Source: the human T2T-CHM13v2.0 reference genome, Homo sapiens. From it: DNA of 64,000 nucleotides. Below are positions 26,583-40,209 of this stretch, one piece after another. Location: the NCBI RefSeq assembly GCF_009914755.1, contig NC_060935.1; one strand, 5' to 3'. The notes under the pieces were generated by a model that was not told where the DNA came from, did no database searches, and saw nothing but the letters and a program-made list of their open reading frames with translations. Position 1 is the stretch's first letter, and each line of letters opens with the position of its first letter. Both the position numbers and the translations under genes were made by a program.

Positions 26583-29500
26583 TAGTCTCACTGATCATTA
26601 CAAAACTACGGAATCTGAATAGAATCCTATGGATTTGTGTAGAGAATATTGTTGAATTGAATTTCTAAAGGCAGCACACTGAGGAGAGGAGTCAGAATCA
26701 TTACTCAACATCACCTGCTCCATTCACTAGACTGTCTCACCCTGTTAACTTTCTCCCTGACCCAACTTGTGTGACCTCGGGCAAGTCACTGAGCATCTCT
26801 GTGTTTGTCTTCCCAGCTGTCAAACAATGAGATTGCTCCAAATCTGTATTTCTCACTCTTGGATGTGTATGGGAATCCCCTGGGGAGTTTGCTAAACTGC
26901 ACCCCCCAGGTAGCTGCTTCAAAATATCTCAAGTGGAGTCTGAGCTACTATCTGCATTTTTGACAAGCACCTTGGGTGATAATGACACAAACCAGAGTCT
27001 GAGAACCACTCCACTGTATCAGTACCTCTCAGCCTGTGATGTGCATCACAGGCACCTGAAGAGGTTTTTCAATATACACCTGCTGGCCTAACTCCTGGAA
27101 ATACGAATTCAGCGGGTGGCTAGGACCAGGAACAGGGTGCTTTAATAGTGTACATGGGTGATAGTAATTTCCATCCCAGGTTCAGAATCGCAAGAATCAG
27201 ACATAACCATGAACTGTCGTGGGATACAGATGAGACATGGCCCTGGGCAGCACCCAGTTTAGATGGAAAGGCACAGGAATGAATCAGTACCATGTGAGCA
27301 GCACAAGAAAGGACAGACTCAAGAGGGTCATGGTAAAATACAGGAGATTCTGGTCACTTTTGTTTCACTATGTTTTCTCTGGGGAAGGCAGTGGAAGAAG
27401 GGTCAGGAAGCCTTCACCAAGGTGGAGAGACTTGAATTATAAAATTTTCTGGTCGTATTAACTTGGGCATATTACTTCACTTTGAAGTCTTCATTTCCTC
27501 ATTGATAAAACAGGGATTCTAACATCTGACTTGTAGTAACTAGCCCTCAATAATTATTAATGACCATTGTAAAAATGAGAAAGTGGCTGGCACTTTGTGA
27601 GTTTCAAGGCCTTTGCTCCGGGGACCCACGTGTCTCTCACTGGCCAGCAGGGTGCTTTAAGATGCCCAGGGGCCTCTGAGTGCTGACAACCTGCTGGAGC
27701 ACCAACTGTTCCTTCTTAGGCTGGTCAGGCTGGAGAGTGATTTCACACAGAGGACCAGGCAGCCTCAAGGCTGGGAAGCCTTTCTCATGGTCCTGTCGTG
27801 AATGTACATTAATTTCATTCTGTAAGTGCCAAGACAGGCGTTTTCTTGTCTGCCTAGCTATGCCCCATCTTTCTCTTCCATCTGTTTGGACTGATGAGTG
27901 CTCCATGAATAGTTGGGTTTCTTGTTTACAGAGTTGGCTGCACAGGCTAATAGAAGTGATCTGTCCCCTGATTAATTACCTAATTTTTCTCCTTTTGTTG
28001 TGTTAAATAGACGGACATCTTTTCTCCTCCCTGCTGCAAAGTGCCTGCATATCGTGGCACCCTTGTCATTTCTATGTGGGTTAATCATAGGCTTTTGGGT
28101 AAATGCACTGCCGCTTCATCTGTGTGAGGGTGGGGGGCCACGAGGGCGGGGAAGAGAACACACATGTGTGGAGAACAACTGAAAAGCCCTGGAGGGAATA
28201 AAAATTCTTAGAAAAAACTGTTTTAAACCTAAGAGAGTAGAATGTTGTGGCTGCAAAGGGTCTTGGGGATTATTTAGCCCAACCTGTTCATTAATTGACC
28301 AATGGGGAAACTGAGGCCCAGAGGAGGAGGTCCCAGGGCCAGCCAGTAGCAGAGGAAAACCATATAGGACTTCTAAGTGCAAGCCTAGTGTTCTTTCCAC
28401 TCCTGGCTACTCTCTCAGTATTTGAAAATCATAATTAGGCGGGATTAGCCTTTGTTGATACAATATTTACCCCACACAACTACCACCTGACACTCCAGGT
28501 ATGTGGTAGAGACAATGTGACTTGATATGATGTGATGTGATATAATAGAACAACAATAATAGGAATCATCATTTATGGGATGTTTACCATGTGCGGGGTA
28601 CTACTGCGCTAAGCATTTACATTCCTAATATTCAATCTGTACCACAACTGTGCAGCATATCCCTATTACACAGATAAGGAAAATGAGGCTCAGAGAACTT
28701 CAATGATTTGCCCAAAGTCACTCAGCTGTAGATGACAAAGTCTGAATTTGAATGCCTGATTTCACTAGAATCTCCTGCTTTGATTTGAAACTAGGCCCTG
28801 AAATCTGGGATTATTTAATAATACAATCACTTAGAATGTTTCTACAGGTTATTATTAAACATATTAATTTTGACCATCAGAATAAACCTAGGAGGTAGAC
28901 ACGGATGGCATTATTACCCCCATTCTATCAGTGAGGATCCTGGGGCTGAGACACTGTAAATCACTGGCTATAGGGTTGCAACACAGTGAACACTCCACTG
29001 AGTGTGGATAATGATGGCTTCTCCAAAAAGCTTTCCCAGTCTCCAAGGCACAGGGGTCTCTCTTGGCTCTAAACCCCCATGAACAGCTCTTTCTTCTTGC
29101 CTCTCAGAGAGCACCTCTTCCTCTCACCCATGTCACAGTGATTCACACTCAAGTCTTATTTATTCTGCTGCAACAAACTTATCTATGCAACCACTCTATG
29201 TACTTGAATATTTGCTGAATAAGCGAATAACAAATTGTGATTGTGGGCATTTAGAGGTTCAACTTTTTGAGGGACTCAGAATTGAGACCTACAGTTAACC
29301 CACCCGATAGCATATGAACATATGAAAACACGATACACTAAAATGTTTTTGTGTAACAATAACATGAGAGACAGCATATATGTCCAATAGTAGAGGACTG
29401 GGACATCCATTTGCTGGAAAACTATATAGTCATTAAAAATGAGTACACAGAAACAATTTAATGACATGGAGAAATGTTAATGATCTAGCATTTAGGGAAA

Positions 29501-29768
29501 AAAAGCAGTTTGCTTAATGTGATCTCATTTTGTTTGTTTTTAGTAAACACTACATACACACAAACACTTTGAAAAAAGACTAGGAGAGAAGACAGGAAAT
29601 GTTAACTGGGAGTATTTCTGGCAGGTGGAATTATCACAGTTTTTACCATCCTCCATATATTTCTTGGTATTTTCCAAAAATTTTTGCAATATTAATCATG
29701 CATGTTTTTCTGAAAAGGAAAATACCCCAATAAATGTTATTGACAATGTCTCTAAGGCAAGGCCTTAC

Positions 29769-30001
29769 CCCTGGGATTGGTGAGTGTGGCTTCTGTGGCC
29801 TTCCCACCATCCCCGCAGCGAGTGTCATCAAAGGGGAGGCACTGGTCACCTGTCCCCGCAACCACCTCAGAGTTCTTGACAAGGTCCTTCACCACCACAG
29901 TGGACTTGATTTTAAAGACCCGCCGGCTGTTGCTGTCAGAAAGGAAGACGGCCCCACTCATGGGGTCTGTGGCCAGGTAGTATTTGTGTGCTGGACTGTG
30001 A
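29769..30001 (-). CDS. TENM4: TENM4 exon, 233 nt (phase 2-1), [17 protein letters not shown]...EATLTNPRG; NHL repeats
   Basis: Acceptor ttttctag|TCACAG and donor CCCAGGG|gtaagg. Inside ORF 29752..30024. Confidence 0.96.
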
Positions 30002-30190
30002 CTAGAAAACAAAGACATGGCCAACTGGTGAGCATTTTCTTCTTCCTATGAGTAGCTGGAGATGTACAGATGAACCCCTGGCCCTTTAGAATCCAAGCAA
30101 AAATATCTTATGGGGATGATGCCCCTATTTTGGGTGATGGTTCCCCAATTTTTCTGACCTCAGTCATTGGCTTAACTATCCTTCCCACCC

Positions 30191-30259
30191 ACTATTCTTG
30201 CAAAAACCCCTTGCAATTCTTGCAAGAACCCCTTGCACTATTCTTGCAAAAACCCCTTC
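30191..30259. repeat. Three-copy 22-24 bp tandem repeat (ACTATTCTTGCAAAAACCCCTTGC)
   Basis: Copies at 30191-30214, 30215-30236 and 30237-30259. Confidence 0.9.
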
Positions 30260-31391
30260 AAGATGAAATGATTAAGATGACCAGCTCAGTGCCATGTTTG
30301 TATCAGGTGCTAAATACACGTTTTCTTAAGAAGATGATCACTGAGGCCTACCACTGGTGTCCCGTTCATTCAAGCTAGAAGGATGGATGCTCTTGACTTT
30401 AAAAAAACACTTCAAGAGTTCAAAAACACAAGCCCTTTTCCACAGGATCTTTACAGCAGTCCCTCATCTCCATCTTGGGACTGATGGATGAAACCCTGGC
30501 TGGCTCTGACTCCCGGTCAGCAGCATCAACACCGTCTTCAGTGGATACTCATGTTACACTTATCAGGAGCCCAGGAGTCTCCCTCTGGCAGTCAGATATA
30601 AGTGAACTGCAGGATTAGTTTGTAATTTGCAGTGAAACCCAAGGAAAAAAAATAAGCAACACAGAAGAGCAGTGCTAATGATGGTTCTGTTTCTGGAAAA
30701 CAGTTATAAAGATCAGGCTGTGCCAACAGAGAGAGAAGCTTGACTGCAGAGATGCCTTGGGGAGACAAAGCACTGCCTCTAGCCACAGGGTGAGGAAACG
30801 GCACAGGATTTGCAATCAGAACAGTCTGGGTTCCAAGTCTAGCTCCGTAATTTCCTGGTTCTGAAACTTGGGCAAGTTACCCGACCTCCTGAGCCTCGAA
30901 TAGTCCTTATGTGCAAAATAGGGGTGTTAACAGCTACCTTGCTAGTATATTGGGGAAACCAGAGATAAAATAAAAAATGCAAAGTAGCATAGTGTAGTAG
31001 ATGCTCAATAATAATTATTATTTTAATTACCAATGATTGTGTCTCTTCTTGCACTTGGAGATGACTACGTAGTAGATATCTCTTATTAAGACTGAATTTT
31101 TTTACCCCCTGGTACTGACATACAATTTCTTTCAAGTCTAGGGCACATCGGAGTTGAACTTGGTGCTTCTGAGAAGCTAATTTTAAGTTCCTGTGCATGG
31201 CCTGAACATTTGCCGGGCCCTAAAACTGCATCTCAATATTGGCAGCCCCTTCCAAGTCTCCGGAAGGTATTTTGATTCAAAGGAAGCTCTGTTTGGACCG
31301 GATGGTCTGGTGCTGGCCATTTTCATTGCACAGTGAGGCATAAACTGTGCTAAGAGACTCGGGACAGACTGAGCAGTGATGAGAGCACCAG

Positions 31392-31609
31392 CAGGGCCAG
31401 AGCACTGCAGACCCCCTTCAAGATGAAAGCAAGAGAATTTGAAAAGTCTAGAAAGAAGCTATTTTGCATTTATCAGGTATGTAAGTTTGGGGTCCTTTTG
31501 AAAAGCAAAATTTTATTTTACAGATTTGTGTTTTTTGAATTCCCTATGAAGGCTGGGGCACCATAATCTTTTCAGTATGTAAGTCACTGAAGGTCTTAAT
31601 CTGGCCCTG
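31392..31609. mobile_element. Probable hAT-type MITE remnant, 218 bp
   Basis: Perfect 10-bp inverted ends CAGGGCCAGA...TCTGGCCCTG. No clear TSD. Confidence 0.5.
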
Positions 31610-34600
31610 GCAGGTTTGTCATTATAAATGTCTCTTGCCTTGGACAGTGTCCTTGGGGACTGGCTACCTCGAAAGGGGCCAGGCATCCAGATCCAGTGCT
31701 TTCCTTCTTTGGTTTTCTCTCCCTGAATTCAACTAACCTGATATGATTTTCTCCAACTGTCCTTCCTCTTTAATCCTTCTCGAACCAAGGGGAGGTCTCT
31801 CCGCCTGTAGCCTGGGTCCTCTTCAAGCCATTCTTGATCTAACCCAAATACCAACCTGCCATTTCAATGCTTTCCCTTCAAGGATTCCTTAATTCTTACA
31901 GAGAAGGTATGAGCTCCCTGCCCCTGCACAAATCCCAGCTTTCTGCTGTGCTGCTCCACCCTCCCATCCTCCCTCCCCTCCCATCCTCCCTACACCTGGC
32001 CACAGACCTGTCCCTGCAGCATGCCTCAAGTCTGCCTGCACCTGCTGCTCCTGCTCTGCAGTGTGCCCCGCCCCTCCCTTTCCTACTCACCCTTCACCTG
32101 TCAGTTCAAATGCTCCCTCCTCTGCAAACCTTCCCCAGCCTTCTCCCTGTGCATGGAGATTTGCATCCATTCATTGCTGGACGATAGGACATAATGCTGT
32201 GACTGTTCATTTATGTGTGTGCCTCCAAAACCCAATCGTCAATACTTGAAGGGAAGAGACTGGATTTTGTTCGTTTTTGTTTTTCCAATGTTCTGCTTCG
32301 TGCCTTCTAGCCCATGGCAGCCACTTGTTTTAAGTAGATGGCATGTCTATTTTTAGATTACTTAGGTAGTGTTTGCATTCGCATTATTTAGCTCTTCTTT
32401 TACTTCTCTTCTGGGGTTAGCAGTAAACAGGACAGGTATCCTGTCTATTTTGAAATGTCCCCTGAGACTTACCCTATAATGTAGCACAGATTTAAGCTTC
32501 CCAGATGACATCAATTCTGGCTACATAAAAGGCGGTGACCTTAGATCCTACTGTGTAATCCTGGGGCAGCCTTGATCTTTCTGCTTTTCTGATGACAGCT
32601 CTGAGGCGGGGTGATTTTTTTCATTTCTTTGCACATCACTCATGATAAACTGGTGCTATTTACCTCGGCAGAAAAGGGTCCCTGAGGGGGTATGGTGAGG
32701 GGGCCCTGTCCACTTAGATTAGCCCCCTGAGTTTCCAGCTCCTGTCTCCCTGCACTGCTCCAGAGAAGTGTCACTCATGTGGAGTTTCTCAGATCAGTCA
32801 ATTCCAGGACAGGGTGGCATTGGCAGGATTATCCCAGAGTCCGTAAGAGCTGTGGCTGCATCTTTCAGCCCAAGGACAAATCTGAGGTCTGCTGGTAAGT
32901 TAAGCATAGGGAAAACAACAACTAGCTTTGAGCTTAGAAGGTGTAGGCTCTCATTTAGGTGAGTCACCTAAATAGTTCAAATCGTAGGTCCCTTAGCTGT
33001 CGAATGACTAAGTCCCTGCTCGGCTAGGCTCACAGGCTTGTCGTTGGGATCAAATGAAATTATACATCTCAACAGCCCTTTCTAGTTTGCAGAGCTCTCT
33101 GAACATTCAGCTCATTTCGTCCTCCTGCCACCTGGCCCTGGGAGCTGCAGCTGCATCTATGATGCCCATCTAGACTCCACCAGGCTGCAGCGCCACCTGT
33201 CTGCAGAACAGAGCTGCAGAGATGACTACCACTGATAAGAATGCATCTGTGACCACCTAGGGATGCCCATTCTGTCCCAGACACTGCGCTAGCACTTGAT
33301 GCACACATGACCTCATTTTCTTCACAACTACCATATAAGGTAGGTACTTTCCTCCCTTATATTTCAGAAAACTGAGACTGGAAGAGGTGAAGTGACTTGA
33401 CTGGGACCACAGATTCCTAAGTGGCAGGATGAAATTCCAACCGAGTTCTGCTTGACTCCAAAGTCTGTGTTCTTTCTACTTCCCCACCCTGCTGCCCAGG
33501 ATCTAAAAGGTTCCTCTGCCCATATTCACCTGGGAGTACCTGCTCATCTTCTGAGGTTCAGCTTATCTGTAATCCCATTCCTGAACCCCCTCTTCTTCCC
33601 CACTGGTAGAACTGGCCTCTTCCTTCATTGTGTCTCCACTAGAGCTTACAAAGTTTATACTTTTAGTATCTGTAGCACCAATTAAACTTTTCTGTTTAAT
33701 TGTCTGTCTTTTGGATGAAACCTTGAACTCCTCAAGAGGAGGGACTGATTACCAGTCTCTGCGGCTTTGAACTGGGCTGATGCAGAATAAGTACTCCAGA
33801 AAGTTCTGCTGAATCAGCCTCCCTGGCTGGAGTATACATAGGAAACGCTCACTGCTAACAATCTTAGAGTGATGGTTCTCAAACATGGCTACACATCAGA
33901 ATGGCCTGGAGAGATTTAAAAATAGCCCTACCCATAATGATTGAAGGGTGTGGGCATCTATACCTTTGAGATCTCTCCAAGTGACTTGGAGGCACAGCCA
34001 GATTTGGGAACCATGGCCTTCGAGCAGTTCTTTTTCAACTTTAATGTGCCACCTGGAGCCCTTGCTAAAATGCACATTTCAATTCTGTAGCTCTGGGGCG
34101 GGGAACTTGAGAGTCCACATTTCTAACAATCCCCAGAGCAGGCCAGTGTTGCTTGTCTGTATTTTGAGCAGCAAGGCCTTAGAATACTCTACAAATCATA
34201 AATGTCTCAGAGCATGAGACGGAAGACGGCCTTCAGTGGAGGCCTCAGGCCTGGCTGTGTGGACAGGGAGCATTTCCTGGAAACGGACCATGTCTGATTC
34301 TGATTCAATTCTGATGCCCAGTATCCTGAGCAGGGCTGGACACAGAGTAAGATCACAGCTTCATTTTCAGTTTGCTGTAGAAGTCTCTAAGGACCCACAT
34401 TCTCTTCCAGTTCCTCAAACATAACCTTAGTTTCTCTGGAAGTGATGTAAAATCAAGAGGCCTTCAGGGTACCATTCCTGAAGTTAATGAGCTGAAGCCA
34501 AGCTTCACTCTGCCCTCATTCTGGATGGTGTTTGGAATTTCCCAGTAGGAGCTGGGAACCTAGGAGTCTGTAGGGACATACAGGCTCACTTCCTTGTGAG

Positions 34601-37600
34601 TGAGAATTCTCTTTGTCTCTAAGTAAGGTCTGCCTCATGCAAAGGAGTGTCCTTCAATGACAGCAGTTGGCAGCCCTGGCAGAATTTGATTCCCTGGTTC
34701 TCAGAACCAGTGGGAAGAGGTTGAGTGTTGGAGCCACACAGTCAAGGGTTCAAATACCAGTTCTACCATCCACTTGGCTAAGTGACCCTGGTCACATCAC
34801 TTCTATAGCCTCAGTTTTCTGAAGCTGAGAAATGGGGATAGTCACACCTATTTCAAAGGATTATTTTGAGGACAAAATTGCATGAAGAATATAAACCTCT
34901 GAGCATAGTGCCTGTTCCACTAAAAAATAAAATACCCAATAAATGGCAGCTTTTAAGCAAAGCTGGTTCCTTTAGAAACTACTAGAAGATTTGGTGCACA
35001 GTGGAAACACTAAGTATGTCAGACTTTATTTTGTCCTGCTCAACCTATTTCCCGGGACAGTTAAGGGCTCTGAGTTAATATAATATGTGTATCTGGGTTT
35101 GATGGACACTGGAGTTCAAATGTACTTCTGAAGAAAAGGCTTCAAACATCTTCCATGACCCTGGGGAAGAGCTCTGGGACGAGGCAAAGATGCTTATTTC
35201 CTGAAGGAGTCTGTAGAGGAAGATGCCCCATGGATTATGGGTTTCTGTACTGAGCATGCCCGACACAGCAGGCTGGCACTGAGGCTGGAAAAGCAAAAGG
35301 CAGACATGAGTCTGCTCCGGGGAAGCACACACACAGCCTACAGTTGCCAGTCATGGGGCCAGACATATTACTGGGAGTGGCTGGGACAGTTAATGGAGGA
35401 AGAGATACAACTCTATAATTTTTAAAATCCATCTCCAACATTTACTGATGGGGACACTGAAGCCCAGAGAGAGGAAGAGATTTGCCAATATCCAGGTGGC
35501 AGTTAATATCAGAGCTGAACCCAGGCTCTCTGTCTTCTGGTTGTCTTTAGAAAACTGCAAGGCAGAAAGTGATTCATTTTTTCCTTTCTACTTTGGTTCA
35601 TCTTAGAAAGTTTTTAGTACCGAAGAAAACAATTAATTGACGAAGGGTTTAAAGTCATACCATGAATATATAAAAAGATCACTGAACATCAGAAACAAAA
35701 TGTTCCCAAACCACAAACTCTTTCAGTTTATACATGAGACTGGAAACCAGAAACGCCAGGTAACCAGCCCAAGGCCATATGGTGAATGTGCAGCAGGGCT
35801 GGACAGCACCTGGCCTTCTGACTCTTCCCAGCTATGTCCCCCTGGGTCATGGCTGTGTCCTTTGCAGCCGCCACCACTAACTGAATGTTTCAACATTAAA
35901 TGCTAGGCTTTAATCCAAGACCTGCATGTGAAATGTACTTCTGTGTTTTCTGTACAACTGAAGTTGAAGGCATGGGTCATTACATAGTTCAGTATCATCC
36001 ATACAAATCTCATTGAAAATCTCAGATTTCAGTGTCAGGAAAAAAATGTTCTCTTCTGAGAAATGGGCATGTTTTCAATTTCTGATGCCATAAAGTATGA
36101 AAATAATTATGTTTTCTTATTTACACTGGCTGCCAGGAAGCTCAGAGCTTAATCAATAAATAATCACATATATGTTTCCTCCTTTTTTGTTACCAATTTC
36201 TCTTTGATTTACTTTAATACATGTGCCTTTGGGTGTAAGAGGATTTAATTCCTTTTTGGGGAAGATGGAGACATCATAATTATCATATAATAATAATTGT
36301 TATGATAATAAATTATAATACTGTTAACTCTATAGGATGTTATCATTATTATTACTACTACTACTATTTCTGGAGCTCCTCCCTGTGCCTAAAAGTACTG
36401 AATAGTTTACAAATATCTTCTGTGATCATTACAACAAGACTCCAAGGGAGATTTTATTAACCTTATGTTAGAAACTAAAGCTTAGAGAGATGAAGGAATT
36501 TTTTCAAGGCCACATAATTGGGGAGCTTCAGTTTTCTCATCTGTCTACTGATGTAATCATGGATATCTGCTTCACAGAGTGGTTTGGCGATAGAACGCTA
36601 TAGTCCATGTAAAGGACATAACCCTCTATCTGCTACATAGTAAATGTTCTATACATGTGAATTATTAAATAATTATATTTACTACTTATATAATAAATAT
36701 ATTATCTTAAAATAACACATACAATTATTACATGAATAATGAAGCTACTTCAATTGAAAGAGATAGAATCATTACTGGATTCTGGGTCTGTCTGACTCTT
36801 TCCACCACCCCTAAGACTTTCTTTCATCCCAACTTAGCACCACCCTCATGCCACTTTGATCTGAGCTGCAGGTGGATAACTGAGAGCCACTTCTGTGGCC
36901 ATGCAAGCTGCAGCTCTATCTGCCCATGGTTACTTTCCAAGTCACCACAATGTGTGTGAGGTCAGGGGACTCTGAGGTGACTGCTATCCAGGAGTCAGGT
37001 GAATGCCATAGTGACAGGTGATGCTGACAGGCAGACACTTCTCTTGGTGTGCCTGACTAGACCCATTTCTGTTTACTGCATGTCGCTGTGAGTCTACATG
37101 ACAAACCTACTCTGGGACAAAGTTCCTATTTGGGGATTGATCTCTGCAGTTGGTTCCTGGAGCCTGCTTTCTCACTGATGGCAAGCCTTTTGGGTGGGGT
37201 TGCCTGGCATCCCCAAGCTGAGGCACCTTGAATGCCCACAGAAGTGTAAATGTGAAATCTGTCTTCTTCCAGATTGTTCACCTGATCAAGATGTTCTCAG
37301 GACTTCCTATCATGACTATCAAAGTCGTTCAATGCAGTTAGGATGACATCCTCATTTATTCTAAGGATAAGCAGGCTGTAGCATTCAAATTACTATTCCA
37401 AGGTTCAAATTCTTTCCCATATTACTTTCAGACTATCAAAGTAACTGCCTCACTTTGCAACAGATCCAAGGAGTTCAGGCTCCTGCCACCCATTCTTGCC
37501 ATTATTAATGACTTCCTCCCATTGCAACTGATTACCCCAATCAGTTCCAATCACACAGGATTCTTTTGCCATACAGCCATTTGAAATTGACATGTGCAGC

Positions 37601-37661
37601 TTACCATACAGCATGCAACAAGGCAGGGGTGAGGCAGGAAATTCTCCACTGGTTGGCTTAC

Positions 37662-37682
37662 CTATGTCTGAAATCTTTATTT
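37662..37682 (-). CDS. TENM4: TENM4 21-nt micro-exon encoding the beta-propeller splice insert (R)NKDFRH(S)
   Basis: tcttctgtcag|AAATAAAGATTTCAGACATAG|gtaagc, phase 2-2 and frame-preserving. Homologous to the 7-aa NHL-loop insert of other teneurins (NKEFKHS in TEN2). Confidence 0.95.
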
Positions 37683-39392
37683 CTGACAGAAGACAGGAGA
37701 GCAGGGAATAGAAGAAAGAATGAGGTGTTAGCAGCAGGGTTAGAAGCATTATTAGCAGCCTGAAAACTTGACAGCAATGGTACTATACAATACTGTAATA
37801 AATAAAGACTTAGCAGCTGTGACACTGATGTATTTTATATTGGATATTACTTGTCAGTAAGTTCACTTACAAGCAGCTACATATCACAGAAGAGGCATGG
37901 TTTCACCTGCACCACTACTGCTGACTTTGGGGGAAGAGGACTAGGTTGACACATTCTGCTGCTTTAACAAGGGCTAAGACAGAGATTGGAATAGTGGATT
38001 CTCTCCTCTGTACAGACACATACCCAGAGATACACATGCTTACTGCCCTGTGTCTCCACATGCACACTTCCCTACAAAGAGTTACCCAAATTTGGGTCAC
38101 TTCCCAGGAGCCTCCTCACAATAGAATACAGAATTGGAGATAGACTATAATTAGAAGGGAGGGTATGACACAGAAACAGGCCTAGGAAAAAAAGACTGGA
38201 AGAAAAAATATATCAAAATGATAATATACTTCTAAATTTATTTTTTTCAAATTTCACTTATATCTCCCTTCTTCACCCACTGTCATGATCTCCCCAACAA
38301 CTGTGGGAGGGAGGCAGGGAAAATGGGGTCTCTTATTGGAAAGAGGTGAAAACGGAGGTCCAGGGAGGTTCAGTGATTAGTCCAAAGTTGCACAGCTTCT
38401 CTGCCGAGGCGAGCTGATTTCCTCGTCCATGGTGCTTTCTGTTGTGGTCCATATATGCAGTTGACTGACACAAATACGCTCAAAGAATCCTTCTTCCTTG
38501 ACAGATGTCTGTGCCAGTCAGACTCATAATAGACAGCAGAAGGGCAGAGAATATTCCCCTGGTGGTCCTCTTCTCATTCAGCCGATATCTGATTTCCTAT
38601 GAACCTACCGCGTGTGTGCTTGTCTGGCCCTGTGTGTGGGGCCAATACTAACTCTTCTCTTTAGGGCTTATGGCTGTTGGCCCTGCCTTCCTTTCACGCG
38701 TGCGCCTTAGAGTGAGATTCTTGCAGTAGGATCTTACCTCCAGGGAGGAACTTAACAAGGCATTAAGTCGAAGTGGCTCTCATTGGGCCAGGTGACAAGG
38801 CTTTGGCGAGGCAGAGGTGTGTAATGATCTCTGGATTCGGGTCCACCATTCTAGAAGCTGGACCTCAGGCAGGTTCTTTAAATTCCCTAAGCCTCCATCT
38901 TTTCATTTACCAAAGGGGAATAATAATAAACACCTTACGGAATTGTTATGCTTGGCAAATAGTAGGAACCCAGCAAAAGTGAGTTTTCTTTTCCCCTGCC
39001 CACTGTGGAGGAAGGCTTTCCAGCTCTAGGGCCTGTCCTGCTCACATGCACCCTGGCCCAGAAGACAGGCAGATTCCATTCCCTAAAGGAGTTGGGAGGG
39101 AGCTTGGCGCAATTCCTCTTGAAAGGGAGTGTGAGGCTCCCTTATCTCTAAAGCACAGCTCTTCCATGACCCCTAAGCCCACCCTATGACAGTGCCCTGG
39201 TTCTAAAATGATCTAGGTTAGGGAGGCATAGAGAAAAATCCAACATATCAGGTCCTTCCCGGAGCTCTAAGCGTGGCTGTGCTCCATCACTCAGGGTCAG
39301 GATGGGGAAAGAGGCTGACTCAGCTGCTTCTGCAGCACCTGAGGAGCAGAGAGGTCAGTTTTCTCGATATTGGTCAGTTGAAGGGAACTGCC

Positions 39393-39606
39393 CTTGGGCT
39401 CAAGGGATCCTCCTGCCTGAACCTCCTGAGTAGCTAGGACTACAGGCAGGTGCCACCACACCCAGCTAATTTTTTAAATTATTTTTTTGCAGATGGGGGT
39501 CTCATCAGGTTGCACAAGCTGATCTCAAACGCCTGGCCTCAAGTGATCCTTCTGCTTTGGTCTTCCAAGGTGCTAGGATTACAGGTATGAGCAATGGCAC
39601 CCAGCC
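39393..39606 (-). mobile_element. Alu (AluJ-type), lacking its 3' end
   Basis: gggctcaagggatcctcctgcc...tgctaggattacagg. Confidence 0.85.
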
Positions 39607-39959
39607 CCTTGTTTTTATAAAAAAGGTTCATGTGACTCATTCTAATCAGTTTACTTCCAGGAAACAGAAAGAAGATTCAGTGGCTTCCAAGGAGTCTAAT
39701 TTTTGGCTGCTAGCAGCCTTCTATGTCACAGATGTACTCTGGATGCCAGGGACATCTCCCTGTCCTGGGTAGCTTGTCTTCACTGTAGTGCACTGGGGAA
39801 GCAGCACCTGCTTGAGCTGGGAGGTGAAAAGTCTCAGAGCCTGACAGGCAAGGCTCTGTCCTATCCCACTTCCCTGGGCTCAGCAGGTAATGTGGCGGGG
39901 CCCAAAGGATGGCAAAGGCATATTATTAGGAACTATGAAGAAAGCATCACCTTACATAC

Positions 39960-40209
39960 CTCAGCTCTAGGATGTTGGTGACATTTCCAGAGGGGAAGAT
40001 CCTTCTAATGTAGTTGAAATCACCCACATAGAGGCTCCCGTCAGAGCCACAGGTGAGGGCCACTGGGGCCAGGAGCTTGTTGCCGTCAGCAAGGCCGTTG
40101 CAGCTGGGGCAGGAGATGCTTCTCCGGCGCCCATTGCCCATGATGCTCCCAATGACAGGAGGCTGCTGAGACACAAACTGGTTCTCCCCATTCCCTTTGT
40201 GCAGGATGC
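39960..40209 (-). CDS. TENM4: TENM4 exon, 250 nt (phase 1-2), [12 protein letters not shown]...[11 protein letters not shown]; start of NHL beta-propeller
   Basis: Acceptor ttgtcccag|GCATCC and donor GCTGAG|gtatgt. Inside ORF 39947..40318. Confidence 0.96.

Noticed and set aside
30191-30259. Short direct repeats as a CRISPR-like array
   Set aside because: The copies are adjacent with no spacers, the context is eukaryotic, and there are no cas genes.
38420-38440. GTCCATGGTGCT resembling a REST/RE1 site
   Set aside because: Both flanks of the 21-bp consensus (GGCGCT and GAA) are missing.
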